From Octopus sinensis (lineage: Eukaryota): a DNA stretch of 64,000 nt. The notes under the pieces were generated by a model. That model was not told the DNA's origin, ran no database searches, and saw only the letters and a program-made list of their open reading frames with translations. Shown one piece after another: positions 24,411-38,680 of this stretch. Position 1 is the stretch's first letter. The number at the start of each line of letters is the position of its first letter. The translations under genes and the position numbers were made by a program. The stretch lies in contig NW_021836179.1 in the NCBI RefSeq assembly GCF_006345805.1, positions 62,001-126,000 on the forward strand, written 5' to 3'.

Positions 24411-25212
24411 TCAAACCTTGTGGCGTGCAACCAGCTGCTGTGATAAAAGAAATACCTCCTAATATGCTGCAAATCCCTTATTTTGGAGGACAACCCCATC
24501 TTAGTATCGTTGGAAACTTATTTTTTTCATTGAATGAATTCCTCTCACCTAATATGCTACAAAACCTTTTTTTGGGGTCGGAAAAACGGGAGGGAGGGAG
24601 CTGGAAGCATTGGAATGTTCACCCCCACCACCATTGATCTTTTGATCCACAAAGTTTTCAGTAAGGAAAAATAATTGGATTTTTTTGCGTGGAATCAAGT
24701 ACCCTGACCTCCTAATATGCTGCAAATCCCTTATTGTGGTTACCAAAAAATTGGGGGCGTTCCCCCCTTTTTTCATGCAGGTGAAAAGATCAGTGAGGGT
24801 GGGGTGAAATTTCTGAGGCTTCCACCTCACCCCATCCCGTTTTACGGACCCCAAAAAGAGTTTTGTAGCATATTAGGTCACAGGAATTCATTCAAGAAAA
24901 AAAAGACGCAAAAATATCCAATGATTCCGAAATGGGAAGGGGTGACCCTACCCTCTTGTTTTCCAAACCAATATAAGGGACGTGAAGCATCTTATTAGGT
25001 CAGGGTACTTGATTCCACCCCAAAAATCCAAGTTTTGTCTTTTTTCTCTTAGTGAAAATCATGCGGTTGTTAATATTGGAATTGAATGAGAAAAGCAGGC
25101 TCTTCATCCAGCTCCCCTTATTCTCCTCACCATTCCCATCACAGCCTGCATCACCACCTGAACCCCACCCGACTCTCACTTTGGGCAGCTTCTCTTTTAT
25201 AATTTTATGCAT

Positions 25213-27543
25213 TTTACTGTTGGTGAAAAACAAAGAAAGAGGCTTGGAGAAGCGATTATGAAAGAGTGCTGAATGAGGAGAATGAATGGGAGGAGGAGAG
25301 CCTGCCAAATGTTGACCCAGTAGAGGGACCAGCTCCCTTGTAGTTAAGGCAATTAAGGATATGAGACCAGGTAAAGCCCCCGGCCCATCAGGAATCACTG
25401 CTGAGATGCTTAAAACAGCTGGCTATGTGGGCTATGGCCTAGTCACCCGCATTGTAAACCAGGTAGTTCTGAATGGAGTCATACCCATTGACTGGCGTAG
25501 CAGCACCATAGTCAACTGCTACAAGGGTAAAGGTGATGCTCTTGACAGAAATAACTACAGGGGTATCAAACTGTTGGATCAGGTGATGAAGGTCACAGAG
25601 AGGGTCATAACCCTTCTCATTAGGGAGAGAATTTGCTTAGATGAGATGCAGTTCGGTTTTGTGCCAGGTAGAAGCACCACCACTAATGCTATATTCCTGG
25701 TCCGACAACTGCAGGAGAAGTACCTAGCTAAAGATAAACCCCTCTACATAGCTTTTGTGGACTTGGAGAAAGCCTTTGACAGGGTTCCTCGATCCCTTAT
25801 CTGGTGGTCGATGCGGAAACTGGAGATTGACAAATGGCTAATAAGGGCTGTACAGGCTCTATACAGAGAGGCTGTCAGCAAGGCTAGGATTGGCAAAGAA
25901 TATAGTGAAGAACTCCGGGTAGAAGTAGGTGTACACCAAGGATCAGCCCTCAGTCCCCATTTATTCATCATAGTCCTCCAGGCAATAACAGAGGAATTCA
26001 AAACAGGATGCCCCTGGGAGCTCCTCTATGCTGATGACCTGGCTCTCATAGCAGAATCACTACCGGAACTAGAAAAGAAATTTCGAGTGTGGAAGCAAGG
26101 GTTAGAATCAAAGGGCCTTAGAGTAAATGTAGCAAAGACCAAAGTTATAGTAAGCAAAAAGGCGAACTCATCACACACACCCTCGGGCAGGTGGCCCTGC
26201 TCGATCTGAAGGAAAGGTGTAAGTAGAAACTCCATAAGATGCACCCGATGTAAGCTATGGACGCATAAGAGATGCGGCAACATCAAAGGGAAATTAACTG
26301 ATAAGATAGCTTTCATGTGCGGCAGATGCACAGGGACAATAGACACCACAGACACTCAGAAAACAGATTCCATCACACTCCAGGGGAAGAAACTAGAAGT
26401 AGTTGATAGTTTCCGCTACCTGGGTGACCAAGTTAGTAGTGGAGGTGGATGCTCAGAGAGTGTCACCACTAGAATACGAATAGCATGGGCAAAGTTTAGA
26501 AAGCTCCTACCCCTACTGGCGACAAAGGGTCTCTCACTCCGACCGAAAGGTAGATTGTATGATGCATGTGTGCGAACTGCCATGCTTCACGGTAGTGAAA
26601 CATGGGCTGTGACTGCAGGGGATATGCGTAGACTTGAAAGAAATGAAGCTAGCATGATCCGCTGGATGTGTAATGTCAGTGTGCACGCATGACAGAGTGT
26701 AATCACCCTGAGAGAAATGCTGGACATAAGAAGCATCAGATGTGGTGTGCAAGAGCGACGCTTGCGATGGTATGGTCATGTGCTGCTGATGGATGAGGAG
26801 AGATGTGTGAAGAAGTGCCACTCCTAAACAGTTGAAGGTATCAGGGGAGAGGTAGACCCAGGAAGACATGGGATGAGATAGTCAAGCATGACCTCAGAGC
26901 GTTGGGCCTCACTGAGGCAATGGGGAAGGACCGGGACCTCTGGAGATATGCTGTGACTGCAAAGACCCGGGCTGCTTCCTATGCCAGTTCCGCATAGCCC
27001 CTGCTCATTGAAAGTACCCTGGATCCCAGAACGTCCCGCTATGCTTGAGGAGACCTGTTGAGTCAAGCACATGAACATTGAGATAATTATCAATGGAAAT
27101 AGTAGTTGTGATACCTGTGCAGGTGGCACATTAAAAGCACCATCAAAACGTGGCCGTAGCCTGCACCGCCTCGACACATAAAAAGCACCATCCAAATGTG
27201 GCCGTAGCCAGCACCGCCTCGACTGGCTTCTGTGCCGGTGGCACATAAAAAGCACCATCCAAACGTGGCTGTTGCCAGCGCCGCCTTGGCTGGCTTCCGT
27301 GTCGGTGGCACGTTAAAAGCTCCAACCGATAGTGGCCAATGCCGGAATCCCCCCCCCCCGGCACCTGTGCAGGTGGCATGTAAAAAGCACCCACTACACT
27401 TGCGGAGTGGTTGGCATTAGGAAGGGCATCCAGCTGTAGAAACTGTGCCAGATCAGACTGGAGCCGGGTGCAGCCCCTAGCTTCCCAGACCCCGGTCGAA
27501 CCGTCCAACGATGATGATGATGGTGATGATGGTTATGATGATG
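25213..27543 (+). mobile_element. RTE-clade LINE, duplicate of the 13727 insertion
   Basis: Same 5' truncation and TSD (25207-25212, 27544-27549); ORF 25361-26209 reads through YADDL, then the shared TGA. Confidence 0.92.
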
Positions 27544-29554
27544 ATGCATGCAGGAAACATTAATAGAAGAAAACACTTTCATTTCATTTCTTGTTATGGG
27601 TCGGGGGAGGAGGTGGGGTTTTTGTTTTTGTTTTGTATATTTTGAAAAATTAGAATTTACAGTTTTTTTTTGTTTTTTTCAGAATCGTAATCTCCTTATT
27701 TTTCTACAAATTTCACCAGAAAAATTTTGTTTATAGTAGAAAATTTAAGAAATTGCTTTGGGAGATTAAAAATTTTTTAATGCAGATTGTTTTTGCAGAT
27801 TTGGAATCTCCGCACTCGATATCGTGGGTTCCTGTAAAAACAAAACCCAAAAAACATCGGAAAGAGGGTGCGGTCCATTGTCTTTCCCCACGCCGTAAAC
27901 GGAACCCTTCCCCCTTTATTTCAGGGAAAAGTAAAAGAACGAAGGAAAGGGATATGGGACTGAGATTTTGATGTTGGGGTTGTTGAAAAAATCTTTTCCA
28001 GAATCGAAATTTCCATGGCCTAAAAACATGGGATTCCGGAGAAAAGAAAAACAAAAAGGAATTTGAAAACCGGGAAGGGCTCCGCTTCGATTTTTGCTAT
28101 AGTTGAGGGTCGATGGTGGAAAAAGTTTGTCGACCCCTGTTAAAGGGTAGGGAACAGCACCTGCTGTGTTTCTAATCATATGTCCGTTTAATGAACAAAC
28201 ATACGGTTATATGCATTCTAATGCTAAGATGTAATTATGTCAGAAATATTTGGCTGCTATTTTTAGCAGGTTCAGTGACCATGCGCAGACACTCTTGTTG
28301 AGACGTAATTACTATTTAGCTGGATGAGGTTTTTATCATTTACCTTGGCTGAGATGCAATTAAAGGTGTGAATTAATATAATTTTAACGTCTCTTCGTGT
28401 TATATTGGGGACTTTTAATATATGTCACCGGTGTCGTTCAACCGCGGGAATAATTATCAACAGCTTCTACACGTGCTTCTAATTAAGACGAATCTAATTA
28501 TATCAGATGTAGTAATACCTCGTGTTCAGGTGAACGTTGATCTCTAGGAATAACACGAAGCGACTTACATGATTTGTGATTTAATATTTCTCTTGATCAC
28601 AGCTTTAGTTGGTTGATCCCTATTTTACAGGAAAGGGGGCAAAAAGCTTTGAATCGAGGAACTTTGCTCGCCCTTCTTCATATTTCATTTGGACCTTAGA
28701 TCGAAAGCACGAATTGTTTGTATGCCCCTTTGTAGCAAATATTGTGCGCATTTCTACTATCCATGGTGGGAAAAACAAACTGGATTTCAAGAAAGGATCC
28801 TGGTCAGATCAACAAGTATTCTAATGGTAAGTGAAAAAATATATCTACATAGCATTTGTTGCACACTTGTTAACGGAGGTGTGTGATATCTAAGACAAGA
28901 AACTGAACCATAGGAGGTTAGTCTATATCTACAGACATTTGTCAGCTTTTTAAGTATTCCTGAAGACAAGCAGGAACACCTCCCTCACAACGGCTTTCCT
29001 TTTGGTAAACGATATTTCCCCTTTTGACACCCGATTTGTGTAATTTTCTTTTGAGTCCTTTAATCGTTTAATAATGTATATTTTGTCAGTAAATTTAGGG
29101 CATAACTACAGAAATGCGGGATCCTTTCGGTTTTGGGGAGTTACCAAAATTGAAAATGCAAAAAGTTTATATCATTGTTCTGTGACCCTAACCACATCTT
29201 TTCAAGGAGTTCTCAAAAATGAAGCCCCTAAAAATCGAAATAATATTCTCCGCCTAACCTGAACTCATCATATATATATTTATATATGTATATGTATATA
29301 TATATAATTATCAATAATAATATAGGGTGAAATTAATTAATTTGGAATAATCATCAATTTCACCAAGTAGATTTCGGCATGTAAAAGCCCCATTCAAGGA
29401 AGGTTTAAGTAATACTAAGTAATTAAGGGTTTAGCAACGATTTGCCTCACCACACACCGAATTTAGAAATAGCAGTCAAAAGAGTTTTGGCTCTTCTGCT
29501 ATTTCTAAATTCGGTGTGTGGTGAGGCAAATCGTTGCTAAACCCTTAATTACTT

Positions 29555-30627
29555 GGTTAATATAGGGCGTAACAAATATCAGAAAATCAAAAAAAAAATG
29601 TGTGTAATAGGTGTAAAACAACTTCCTATGAACGAATATGAAAAAAAAATTCGCGCACGTGAAAGGGGGGTGGGGGAGAGGCCTCGGAAAATTCACATCG
29701 GGAAGTTCCGAAAGCGTCTGAGGGGCTGACCCGGGCACCAAAACAAAAAAAAATAGTGTAATATGTGTAAAACAACTTGCTCTAAACGAATATGACAAGA
29801 AAAATTCGCATTCGCGAAGGAGGGGTGGGGGTGAGGCTTTGGAATATTTATATCGGGAACTTTCGAAAGCGTTTGAACCAGGCACACAAACAAAAACAAA
29901 ACAGCGTAATAGGTGTAAAACAACTTGCTCTAAACGACTATCATGAAAAAAATGCGCGCTCGCGAAAGGGGGGTGGGGGAGAGGCTTCGGAAATTTCACA
30001 TCTTCAGTCCACGGCCTTTAAACTAAGAAAAAATAGTGTAATTGGTGTAAAACTATTTGTTCTAAACGAGTATCAAGAACACACACTCACACATGAATCA
30101 TAAAATCATATTTCGCAAAAAAAAAATAAAGAGAAGAAATTCTGGAAAAAGTGAAGAAATGTTGGATCTCCGCCATGTGAATCAAAATACGTGTCAGAAA
30201 CATCTTGAAATACTACAGAAATTATGTTACGAAAATGATAATGTATACATACCTCTTTGAGTGGTCCATCGATAATGATGATAAAGAAATGAGTTGGATT
30301 TGAACTCAGAATATTGACTAACACAACTACATACTACAAGACTCAAAATATTCAGCCAAGTCACCACCCTTTAACTAGCAATAATAATAACATCAATAAC
30401 ATAACAGCCAAAAGATTTATTTGTTCTGAAAATAACAATCATAGTAAATAAATATGTTCTTTAATATTCACATTCATGTGCACAGTTAAACACACTTACA
30501 TACAAACAGTCACGCATGCATAATACAAAAATTTTTTTTTTCATATTCGTTCATAGGAAGTTGTTTTACACCTATTACACACATTTTTTTTTTGATTTTC
30601 TGATATTTGTTACGCCCTATATTAACC
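29555..30627. mobile_element. Foldback transposon, U4 copy (full ~615-bp left arm, right arm mostly deleted)
   Basis: TSD aattactt at 29547-29554 and 30628-30635; ~845-bp deletion junction at ~30530. Confidence 0.85.
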
Positions 30628-31788
30628 AATTACTTAGTATATGTATGTGTATATATATATATAGATAGATAGATAGAGAGAAGACCTGCCCTATAACGGG
30701 TTTCCTTTTGACACTCGATTTGTGTAATTTCTTTTGAGCCCTTTAATCGTTTAATAATACATATTTTTCTCCCTACCTGTTTGAAAGTATTGCACCATCA
30801 TTTTGTCCACTTGCTTCATCTGTAGAAGTAAAAAATTTCATCAGCATGGTTGTTGTTGAATTTGGGGAATCCGAAACATAAGCAAGTGGTAGGCCCTCTT
30901 TTGTTTTTCAACAAATCAGCAACGATTTGCTTCACCACACACCGAATTTTAGAAATAGCAGTAAAAAATCTTAGCTATTCCTTCTACTTTAAAGGGAGTT
31001 CCCGGAAAAACCAGAGCACTTTAAAACAAACCATTCAGGTAAAAGGGAAAAAAATTAACGAAAATCATACTTCCCTTTAAAGTAAAAGGAATAGCTAAGA
31101 TTTTTTGACTGCCTTTCTAAACTTCGGTGTGTGGTGAAGCAAATCGTTGCTGAACCCTAATTATATAGTATATATATATGTATGTATATATATAATATTA
31201 TATTATATTATATACAGCTGTAATCATATGGAAATCAGTCTCCAAAGATGTTTGAGAAAAGTCCTTTCTCTAATATATTTGTGAATTTAAAACTTTTAGG
31301 TGACAAATTTTGAATTCTCATTGTTCCTAGAATAATATTTAACTTGTTAATCAGTACAGGAATGTTGTAACATTTCCGTTTCGGTCTCTCCTCTCTATCT
31401 AATTCTGTTTCTTTATTATTTCAGATTCACAGATGACATTGGCATCAAAGAACATTTTTCATCTTTTAAAGTCTTGAGGAAAAGTTTACACAGAACGCAT
31501 CTAAGCCTATTTCTATAAATCTTTGGTAGAAATTCTATGAAATGTTTGCTCTGAACTGAGATTAATAGCAACATTTTTCTATTTCATTAGCTGATGCTTT
31601 GCATTCTCGTTACTCTTTGATGACTTTCTAAATTTATAGCATCTTTAGATATCAGTGAAGTTTGCAGTGGAAACATTTGTAAGGAATAAACTATAAAAAG
31701 AAGGATAAAGATAGGAGTAAAAGTTTAATGTGGTGAGAAAGGCCAAGGATTGGGTCTATTTTGATTCCTCAAAGAAATACTGAAAAAT

Positions 31789-33729
31789 ATGCGAAAATCA
31801 TTGTATCGTTGTGATATCTGTGGTAAATCAACCACTAGAAGTGCTGCCTTAGATAGACACAAGCGTACTCACACAGGAGAGAAACCATATCACTGTGATA
31901 TCTGTGGTAAATCATTCATACAAAGCAGTGACTTAACTTCTCACAAACGTGTTCATACAGGAGAGAAACCATTTCGCTGTGATATTTGTGGTAAATCCTT
32001 CACTCAAAGTGGTGGCTTAACTAATCACAAACGTGTTCATACAGGAGAGAAACCATTTCGCTGTGATATTTGTGGTAAATCCTTCGCTCAAAGCAAGGGC
32101 TTAACTAATCACAAACGTATTCATACAGGAGAGAAGCCATTTCGCTGTGATATTTGTGGTAAATCATTCTCTCACAGAAGTGCCTTAATTGTACACAAAC
32201 GTGTTCATACAGGAGAGAAGCCATTTCACTGTGATACGTGTGGCAAATCATTCTCTAGCAGCAATTACCTAACTAGCCACAGACATATTCATACAGGAGA
32301 GAAGCCATTTCACTGTGATACGTGTGGCAAATCATTCTCTAGCAGCAATTACCTAACTAGCCACAGACATATTCATACAGGAGAGAAGCCATTTCGCTGT
32401 GATATTTGTGGTAAATCATTCTCTCAAAGTAGTCCCTTAACTGCACACAAACGTGTTCATACAGGAGAGAAGCCATTTCACTGTGATACGTGTGGCAAAT
32501 CATTCTCTAGCAGCAATTACCTAACTAGCCACAGACATATTCATACAGGAGAGAAGCCATTTCGCTGTAATATCTGTGGTAAATCATTCTCTCAAAGTAG
32601 TCCCTTAACTGCACACAAACGTGTTCATACAGGAGAGAAGCCATTTCACTGTGATACGTGTGGCAAATCATTCTCTAGCAGCAATTACCTAACTAGCCAC
32701 AGACATATTCATACAGGAGAGAAGCCATTTCGCTGTGATACGTGTGGCAAATCATTCTCTAGCAGCAATTACCTAACTAGCCACAGACATATTCATACAG
32801 GAGAGAAGCCATTTCACTGTGATACGTGTGGCAAATCATTCTCTAGCAGCAATTACCTAACTAGCCACAGACATATTCATACAGGAGAGAAGCCATTTCG
32901 CTGTGATATTTGTGGTAAATCATTCTCTCAAAGTAGTCCCTTAACTGCACACAAACGTGTTCATACAGGAGAGAAGCCATTTCACTGTGATACGTGTGGC
33001 AAATCATTCTCTAGCAGCAATTACCTAACTAGCCACAGACATATTCATACAGGAGAGAAGCCATTTCGCTGTGATATTTGTGGTAAATCATTCTCTCAAA
33101 GTAGTCCCTTAACTGCACACAAACGTGTTCATACAGGAGAGAAGCCATTTCACTGTGATACGTGTGGCAAATCATTCTCTAGCAGCAATTACCTAACTAG
33201 CCACAGACATATTCATACAGGAGAGAAGCCATTTCGCTGTGATATTTGTGGTAAATCATTCTCTCAAAGTAGTCACTTAACTGCACACAAACGTGTTCAT
33301 ACAGGAGAGAAGCCATTTCACTGTGATATTTGTGGTAAATCCTTCATACAAAGCAATGACTTAACTAAACACAAACGTGTTCATACAGGAGAGAAGCAAT
33401 TTTGCTGTGATATTTGTGGTAAATCCTTCATACAAAGCAATGACTTAACTAAACACAAACGTGTTCATACAGGAGAAAAGCCATTTCGCTGTGATATTTG
33501 TGGTAAATCCTTCATACAAAGCAATGACTTAACTAAACACAAACGTGTTCATACAGGAGAGAGGCCATTTCGCTGTGATATTTGTGGTAAATCATTCTCT
33601 CAAAGCAATGACTTAACTAAACACAAACGTGTTCATACAGGAGAAAAGCCATTTCGCTGTGATATTTGTGGTAAATGCTTCATACAAAGCAGTGACTTAA
33701 CTAAACACGAACGTGTTCATACAGGATAG
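31789..33729 (+). CDS. C2H2 zinc-finger protein, 646 aa, 23 fingers
   Basis: Matches the U3 protein with three extra fingers (+84 aa) and one converted finger. Confidence 0.93.
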   Translation: MRKSLYRCDICGKSTTRSAALDRHKRTHTGEKPYHCDICGKSFIQSSDLTSHKRVHTGEKPFRCDICGKSFTQSGGLTNHKRVHTGEKPFRCDICGKSFAQSKGLTNHKRIHTGEKPFRCDICGKSFSHRSALIVHKRVHTGEKPFHCDTCGKSFSSSNYLTSHRHIHTGEKPFHCDTCGKSFSSSNYLTSHRHIHTGEKPFRCDICGKSFSQSSPLTAHKRVHTGEKPFHCDTCGKSFSSSNYLTSHRHIHTGEKPFRCNICGKSFSQSSPLTAHKRVHTGEKPFHCDTCGKSFSSSNYLTSHRHIHTGEKPFRCDTCGKSFSSSNYLTSHRHIHTGEKPFHCDTCGKSFSSSNYLTSHRHIHTGEKPFRCDICGKSFSQSSPLTAHKRVHTGEKPFHCDTCGKSFSSSNYLTSHRHIHTGEKPFRCDICGKSFSQSSPLTAHKRVHTGEKPFHCDTCGKSFSSSNYLTSHRHIHTGEKPFRCDICGKSFSQSSHLTAHKRVHTGEKPFHCDICGKSFIQSNDLTKHKRVHTGEKQFCCDICGKSFIQSNDLTKHKRVHTGEKPFRCDICGKSFIQSNDLTKHKRVHTGERPFRCDICGKSFSQSNDLTKHKRVHTGEKPFRCDICGKCFIQSSDLTKHERVHTG

Positions 33730-35473
33730 AGGCCTTTTTGCTGTGATTTCTGTATTTTTTATGAAATGTCTTTGCAGCACACAGCAACAGACATTTTAAA
33801 ACCCTTTCTCCTTGTGGGCATTGTCAGAAACTGATGAACCTTTGGTAATATTTATAATCATCAGGGTTCCTTTTTGAGGTATTGTTAATGATGCCAACCC
33901 TTTTTGTAAGCACTTACCTGGGATACACATAGTTTTGCTGGGCACAGGTATTCGTTAGAATTCTGTGTAGAAAATAATTTGTATAACCATAAATATTGCC
34001 ACTTTAGGAAGCACTAGATTAGACAATTGTGAGGAGTGGAAACAGTGATGTGCAGATAAATATAGTTGTGTGTGTAGCAGACACGAGAGGCCCATTGATA
34101 TTAAAGCTGAAATCTAAAAGAGGAGAAACGTGTGAGGCAGCGCAGCATCATGAGAGCAGATGGTGGAGAAATCCAGGTGAACATCTTTTAGAGTAACTGG
34201 GTTTTTAGCAAGACACAATTTCTTGCATACTGAAAATATATACTCCATGAAGAAGATTGTGAAATCGTGTGGAGGTGACGTGGTTAAATAAATATGTCTT
34301 CAACACTGAAACTTGCTGACTTGGTTTTTATATGTACCTAAATATGTATGTTTGATTGCTTCTCGTTTATTAATTGCATCCAAGGTCTTTGTTGATGCTG
34401 GGCTTTGATCTATGTTTGCTTGTTTATTTCAGCTTGCTTCTTATTCCTCTGTGTCAATTTGCTTCTGATGAAGCAATTAGATGAACAAAGCTGCTATCCC
34501 CACTTTTTTCATGCAGGTGAAATTTCTGAGGCTTCCTCCTCACCTCACCCCGTTTTACAGTCCCCAAAAAGCATTGTAGCATATTACGAGGTCACAGAAC
34601 TTCATCCAACGAAAAAAGACAAAAATATCCAATGATTCCAGGGTGGGAAGGGGTCTCCCTCCCCACTTTTTTTCTGGACCCAAATAAGGGGTTTGCAGCA
34701 TATTAAGAGGTATTTGACTCCACGGAAAAAATCCAAGTTTTTTTTTTCTTTTTGCTTTGTGAAAATCTTAGAAATTTACTGTTCTACAGTAATTTTCTTT
34801 GCTGTAAATAAATATTTATATCATCTTGGATAAGAGGTGATTTGTTTTTGAAACGCCTTTTAATGGAAACGGTACGTCTTCCATGCCATCAAACATGCGA
34901 ATCATTTGGCAATAAATAGCATTATATTTTTGGGTAAATAAAGAGAAATTGGAAAATGTAAAGAAAACAATTTTAATTCTGATATAACCATAATTGGCAT
35001 ACCTACACAACTCCTCTCCACTTTGTTTCCTCCTGTCTTTCAAAACAAAAGAAATGTGTTTTCAATGAAATTCTCTACAAACATGAAGTGGAGAGAGAAC
35101 ACACAGGGAAAGGAAAAGCCTACAAACGTCTTCTTTGAAATTTTGTAATTTTCCAGATGGTTAAACTGCTTCATCACACCCTGCCACCCTTCATCCTCTC
35201 CTTCCCCACATGCTCCGATCCCTTCTAGCGTGGGATTTGGTGGGTATTTGTCCTGCTCATCCCTTTATTCAGCCCACAACTCCTGTAAACGCCAACTTAA
35301 CCACCATCGTCTCCTACCCCCACTGCCAGTATTAACGCTCTTCGTCCTGCTCCCCACTCTACCTCCATCGCTAACCTTCTCCCTACTCCCCTTATTCACC
35401 CCACCCTGCCTGCATCACCACTCAACCACCCCCTCTAGCTCCAGCGCTATTGTCCCCACCCCATCTGAATTCT

Positions 35474-35692
35474 TATTTCTTCATTGCCCACAAGGGGCTA
35501 AACATAGAGGGGACAGACAAACGGATTAAGTCGATTACATCGACCCCAGTGCCTAACTGGTACTTCATTTATCGACCCTGAAAGGATAAAATGTAAAGTC
35601 GACCTCCGCGGAATTTGAACTCAGAACGTAACGGCAGACGAAATACCGCTAAGCATTTCGCCCGGCATGCTAACGTTTCTGCCAGCTCGCTG
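35474..35692 (-). mobile_element. tRNA-derived SINE with 15-bp TSD ccccatctgaattct
   Basis: TSD at 35459-35473 and 35693-35707; A/B-box-like head gcgagctggcagaaacgttagca...gagttcaaattcc. Confidence 0.85.
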
Positions 35693-35759
35693 CCCCATCT
35701 GAATTCTACCTCTAATGCTGACCCCTCTGATGCTGCTAATTCACCTCCAAGCTGTGTCC

Positions 35760-36225
35760 TCTGCAACTGTACAAGCCACCATTACATGCCTTGGTCTCAT
35801 CTTCAAGCCACTAATTCTACTCTATGGCTCAGAAACCTGGACGTTATCAAAGAAGCTTGAGAGGCGGTTGGATGGAACCTACACTCGCCTCCTTATGAGA
35901 GCTCAAAATCTCTCGTGGAAGCGCCATCCAACCAAAATGCAAATATATGGGAAACTACCACCTGTGTCATCTCTTGTGAAAGGTAGGAGAGTCCAGTTTG
36001 CTGGACATTGTTGTAGAGCTGAAAACAAGGCAATTTCTGCTCTTCTCCTCTGGAAAACATCTGCTCGTGATACCAGAGGGCGCAAACTCTCCTACCCTGA
36101 TGTAATCTCCAGGGATACAGGCATCCAGCAACAGGACCTCTGTAATGCCATGATGGACCTTGAAGTCTGGCGTAGCATGGTAAATTCCATTGTCTCAACC
36201 ACGGACGAACAATGATGATGATGAT
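35760..36225 (+). mobile_element. 3' fragment of a second RTE-like LINE family
   Basis: LYGSETWTL...LDGTYTRLL...RRVQFAGHC...GRKLSYPDVI, followed by a (gat)n tail. Confidence 0.8.
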
Positions 36226-36407
36226 ACATAAATATATACAAGGTGCATTCCAGACGTGTTCGGGTTTTTCAGGAGAGACATTCATTAATTTCAAAGGAGT
36301 ACAAAGTGGGATCTTTTGACTTGAATGTGCTTTCTGTTGCACAACTTCCATTTCGTGCGGATCCCGTGGAAACACTTAGGTACACATAAGTTATGTTTTG
36401 CAATTTA

Positions 36408-36787
36408 CTCTTTTACTTGTTTCAGTCATTTGACTGCGGCCATGCTAGAGCACCGCCTTTAGTCGAGCAAATCGACCCCGGCACTTATTCTTTGTAAGCC
36501 CAGTGCTTATTCTATCGGTCTCTTTTGCCGAACTCCTAAGTGACGGGGACATAAACACACCAGCATTGGTTGTCAAGCAATGCTGGGGGACAAACACACA
36601 CACACACATATATATATATATACATATATACGACAGGCTTCTTTCAGTTTCCGTCTACCAAATCCACTCAGAAGGCATTGGTCGACCCGGGGCTATAGTA
36701 GAAGACACTTGCCCAAGATGCCACGCATTAGGACTGAACCCAGAACCATGTGGTTGGTTAGCAAGCTACTTACCACACAGCCACTCC
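36408..36787 (-). mobile_element. tRNA-derived SINE (ggagtggctgtgtggtaag family), full length
   Basis: Reverse complement of the 57711 copy, including central (TA/CA)n and aatgactgaaacaagtaaaagag tail. Confidence 0.85.
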
Positions 36788-37310
36788 TGTGGAAATTGTG
36801 ATAATAAAACAAATGTTTTCCTCACCACGACCACCACCACCAAAAGTTAATTTCTCTCCGAAAGAGCGAGGGTGGCATTATCTCTTTCTTTCCCTTTTTC
36901 ATTAGAATGTCTCAAGACACTCGGTTGTCACAAAACTGTTAAAACTTCACAAACTTGACCGACCTGTGGCTAAATCTGGATTTAATTTCATTTTATACAA
37001 ACTATGCTATCAATTATAGAGAATTGCAAACCTAACTTATTTATCTGTACATTTTCATAAATGTTTCCACAGGGTTCACACAAAAAGAAGTTGTGCAACA
37101 GCAAGCACAGAGATAAATTGCGGCGATCCTTCGGTATACGTACCGGAAGTGGCTTTCTTTACACTTCTGAAGATAACAGAAACCCTTTTCTCGTACCCCT
37201 AGCCCTAAATCCCCCCCCCCTCCATATATACATATATATATATAAAAAAATACTTTCTTGAAATGTATCCGGTACCCATACCGAAGTTACGCCACATAAA
37301 CATATATATA

Positions 37311-37591
<281 letters not shown>

Positions 37592-37592
<1 letters not shown>

Positions 37593-37826
37593 GGCGGCGA
37601 GCTGGCAGAGTCGTTAGCACGCCGGGCGAAATGCTTAGCGATATTTCGGCTGTTGTTACGTTCTGAGTTCAAATTCTGCCAAGGTCAACATTGCCTTTCA
37701 TTCTTTCGGGGTCAAAAAATCAAGTACCAGTTACGCACTGGGGTCGATGTAATCGACTTAATACCTATGTCAGTCCTTGTTTGTCCCCTCTATGCTTAGC
37801 CCCTAGTGGGTAATAAGGAAATAGGC
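37592..37826 (+). mobile_element. tRNA-derived SINE (ggcggcgagctggcag family)
   Basis: Same family as 35474; ends gggtaataaggaaatagg. Confidence 0.85.
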
Positions 37827-38680
37827 AGATATATATATACGGGGTGTTTGACAATCTTGATGTCTCCTTTTTCAGGAAGAGTTTGATGTATTGGTGGACA
37901 GTCAATGGCTAAGGAGACTATAAAGAAGAAAGTTGTTGTTGACATGGAGGCCTGGAAGCCACCTTGAACGCTGGAAGAGAGTTAGCTGTGTGATGATGCT
38001 TCGCTGATATCCTGACTGCTGCTGAATGCTCCGTGAACGGGATAAAGACTGTGTGATATGACATGGGGCATTATTGCAACCATGTTCCCCAAGCTGTAAT
38101 GATCTTCGGGAGTGTGATATGATACCACTCCACACTTTTGAAAATGGCCTTAAACTATAATTCAGACAGCTGTGTGAAGCTGCTGGATACCATGGTCTAT
38201 CCTTAGTCGGAGATGGGGGCTGCTGGAAAGTCGTATGTGTGGCAGAAGGTTTAGTTGTAGCCAGTCGCTAACAAAGTGATAAGGGTTTTTCATTTCCTGG
38301 GATTTGTAAATATGTGGCTCAGTAATATTTCTTTATTACCCATAAGGGTTTACATAGATGGGGACAATACAATGATTTGGGGTCATGTGGATGAAATGGA
38401 ACTATTTACAATGAAAGTGAAAGTGAACAGGAACAAACAAACAAAAAGGGACATATGAAGTCAAAAGAACAGGATAGCCGACCCCACGAGCCCTGTTATT
38501 TTAACTGAAACCTTTTGGTAAGGGATCACAGCGTGTTCATGCAAGGCCTTTCACACCTAGCATCCATCTTTTTTTGAATCAGTAAGCAAGAAAATATATG
38601 CAGGTGCATACACCTGGATTCGTGTTCTGTGTGAACATGGCACGTTATTACTAAGGGTGGATTTATTTTCCGTCTATGCA

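Larger units (their letters stand above)
12951..24440 (+). repeat. ZNF cassette U3 (~11.5 kb)
   Basis: Module order as U1, plus RTE and foldback inserts; nearly identical to U4. Confidence 0.9.
24441..34495 (+). repeat. ZNF cassette U4 (3' end truncated at 34495)
   Basis: Near-identical to U3 until gaacaaagctgct, then switches to block X. Confidence 0.9.
34496..37310 (+). repeat. Terminal block X; inverted copy at ~57220-63070
   Basis: ORF-track pairs 34405/62930, 34816/62388, 35230/62096, 35715/61460, 37061/57256; identical junction aaagctgct|atccccac in both. Confidence 0.85.

Noticed and set aside
3842-33729. 84-bp periodic repeats as a CRISPR-like array
   Set aside because: They are in-frame C2H2 finger codons in a eukaryotic context; no unique spacers or cas genes.
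37184-37215. Telomeric repeat (ccctag/ccctaa; ggttagggttaggg at ~57288)
   Set aside because: Only about two degenerate units inside block X; not an array.
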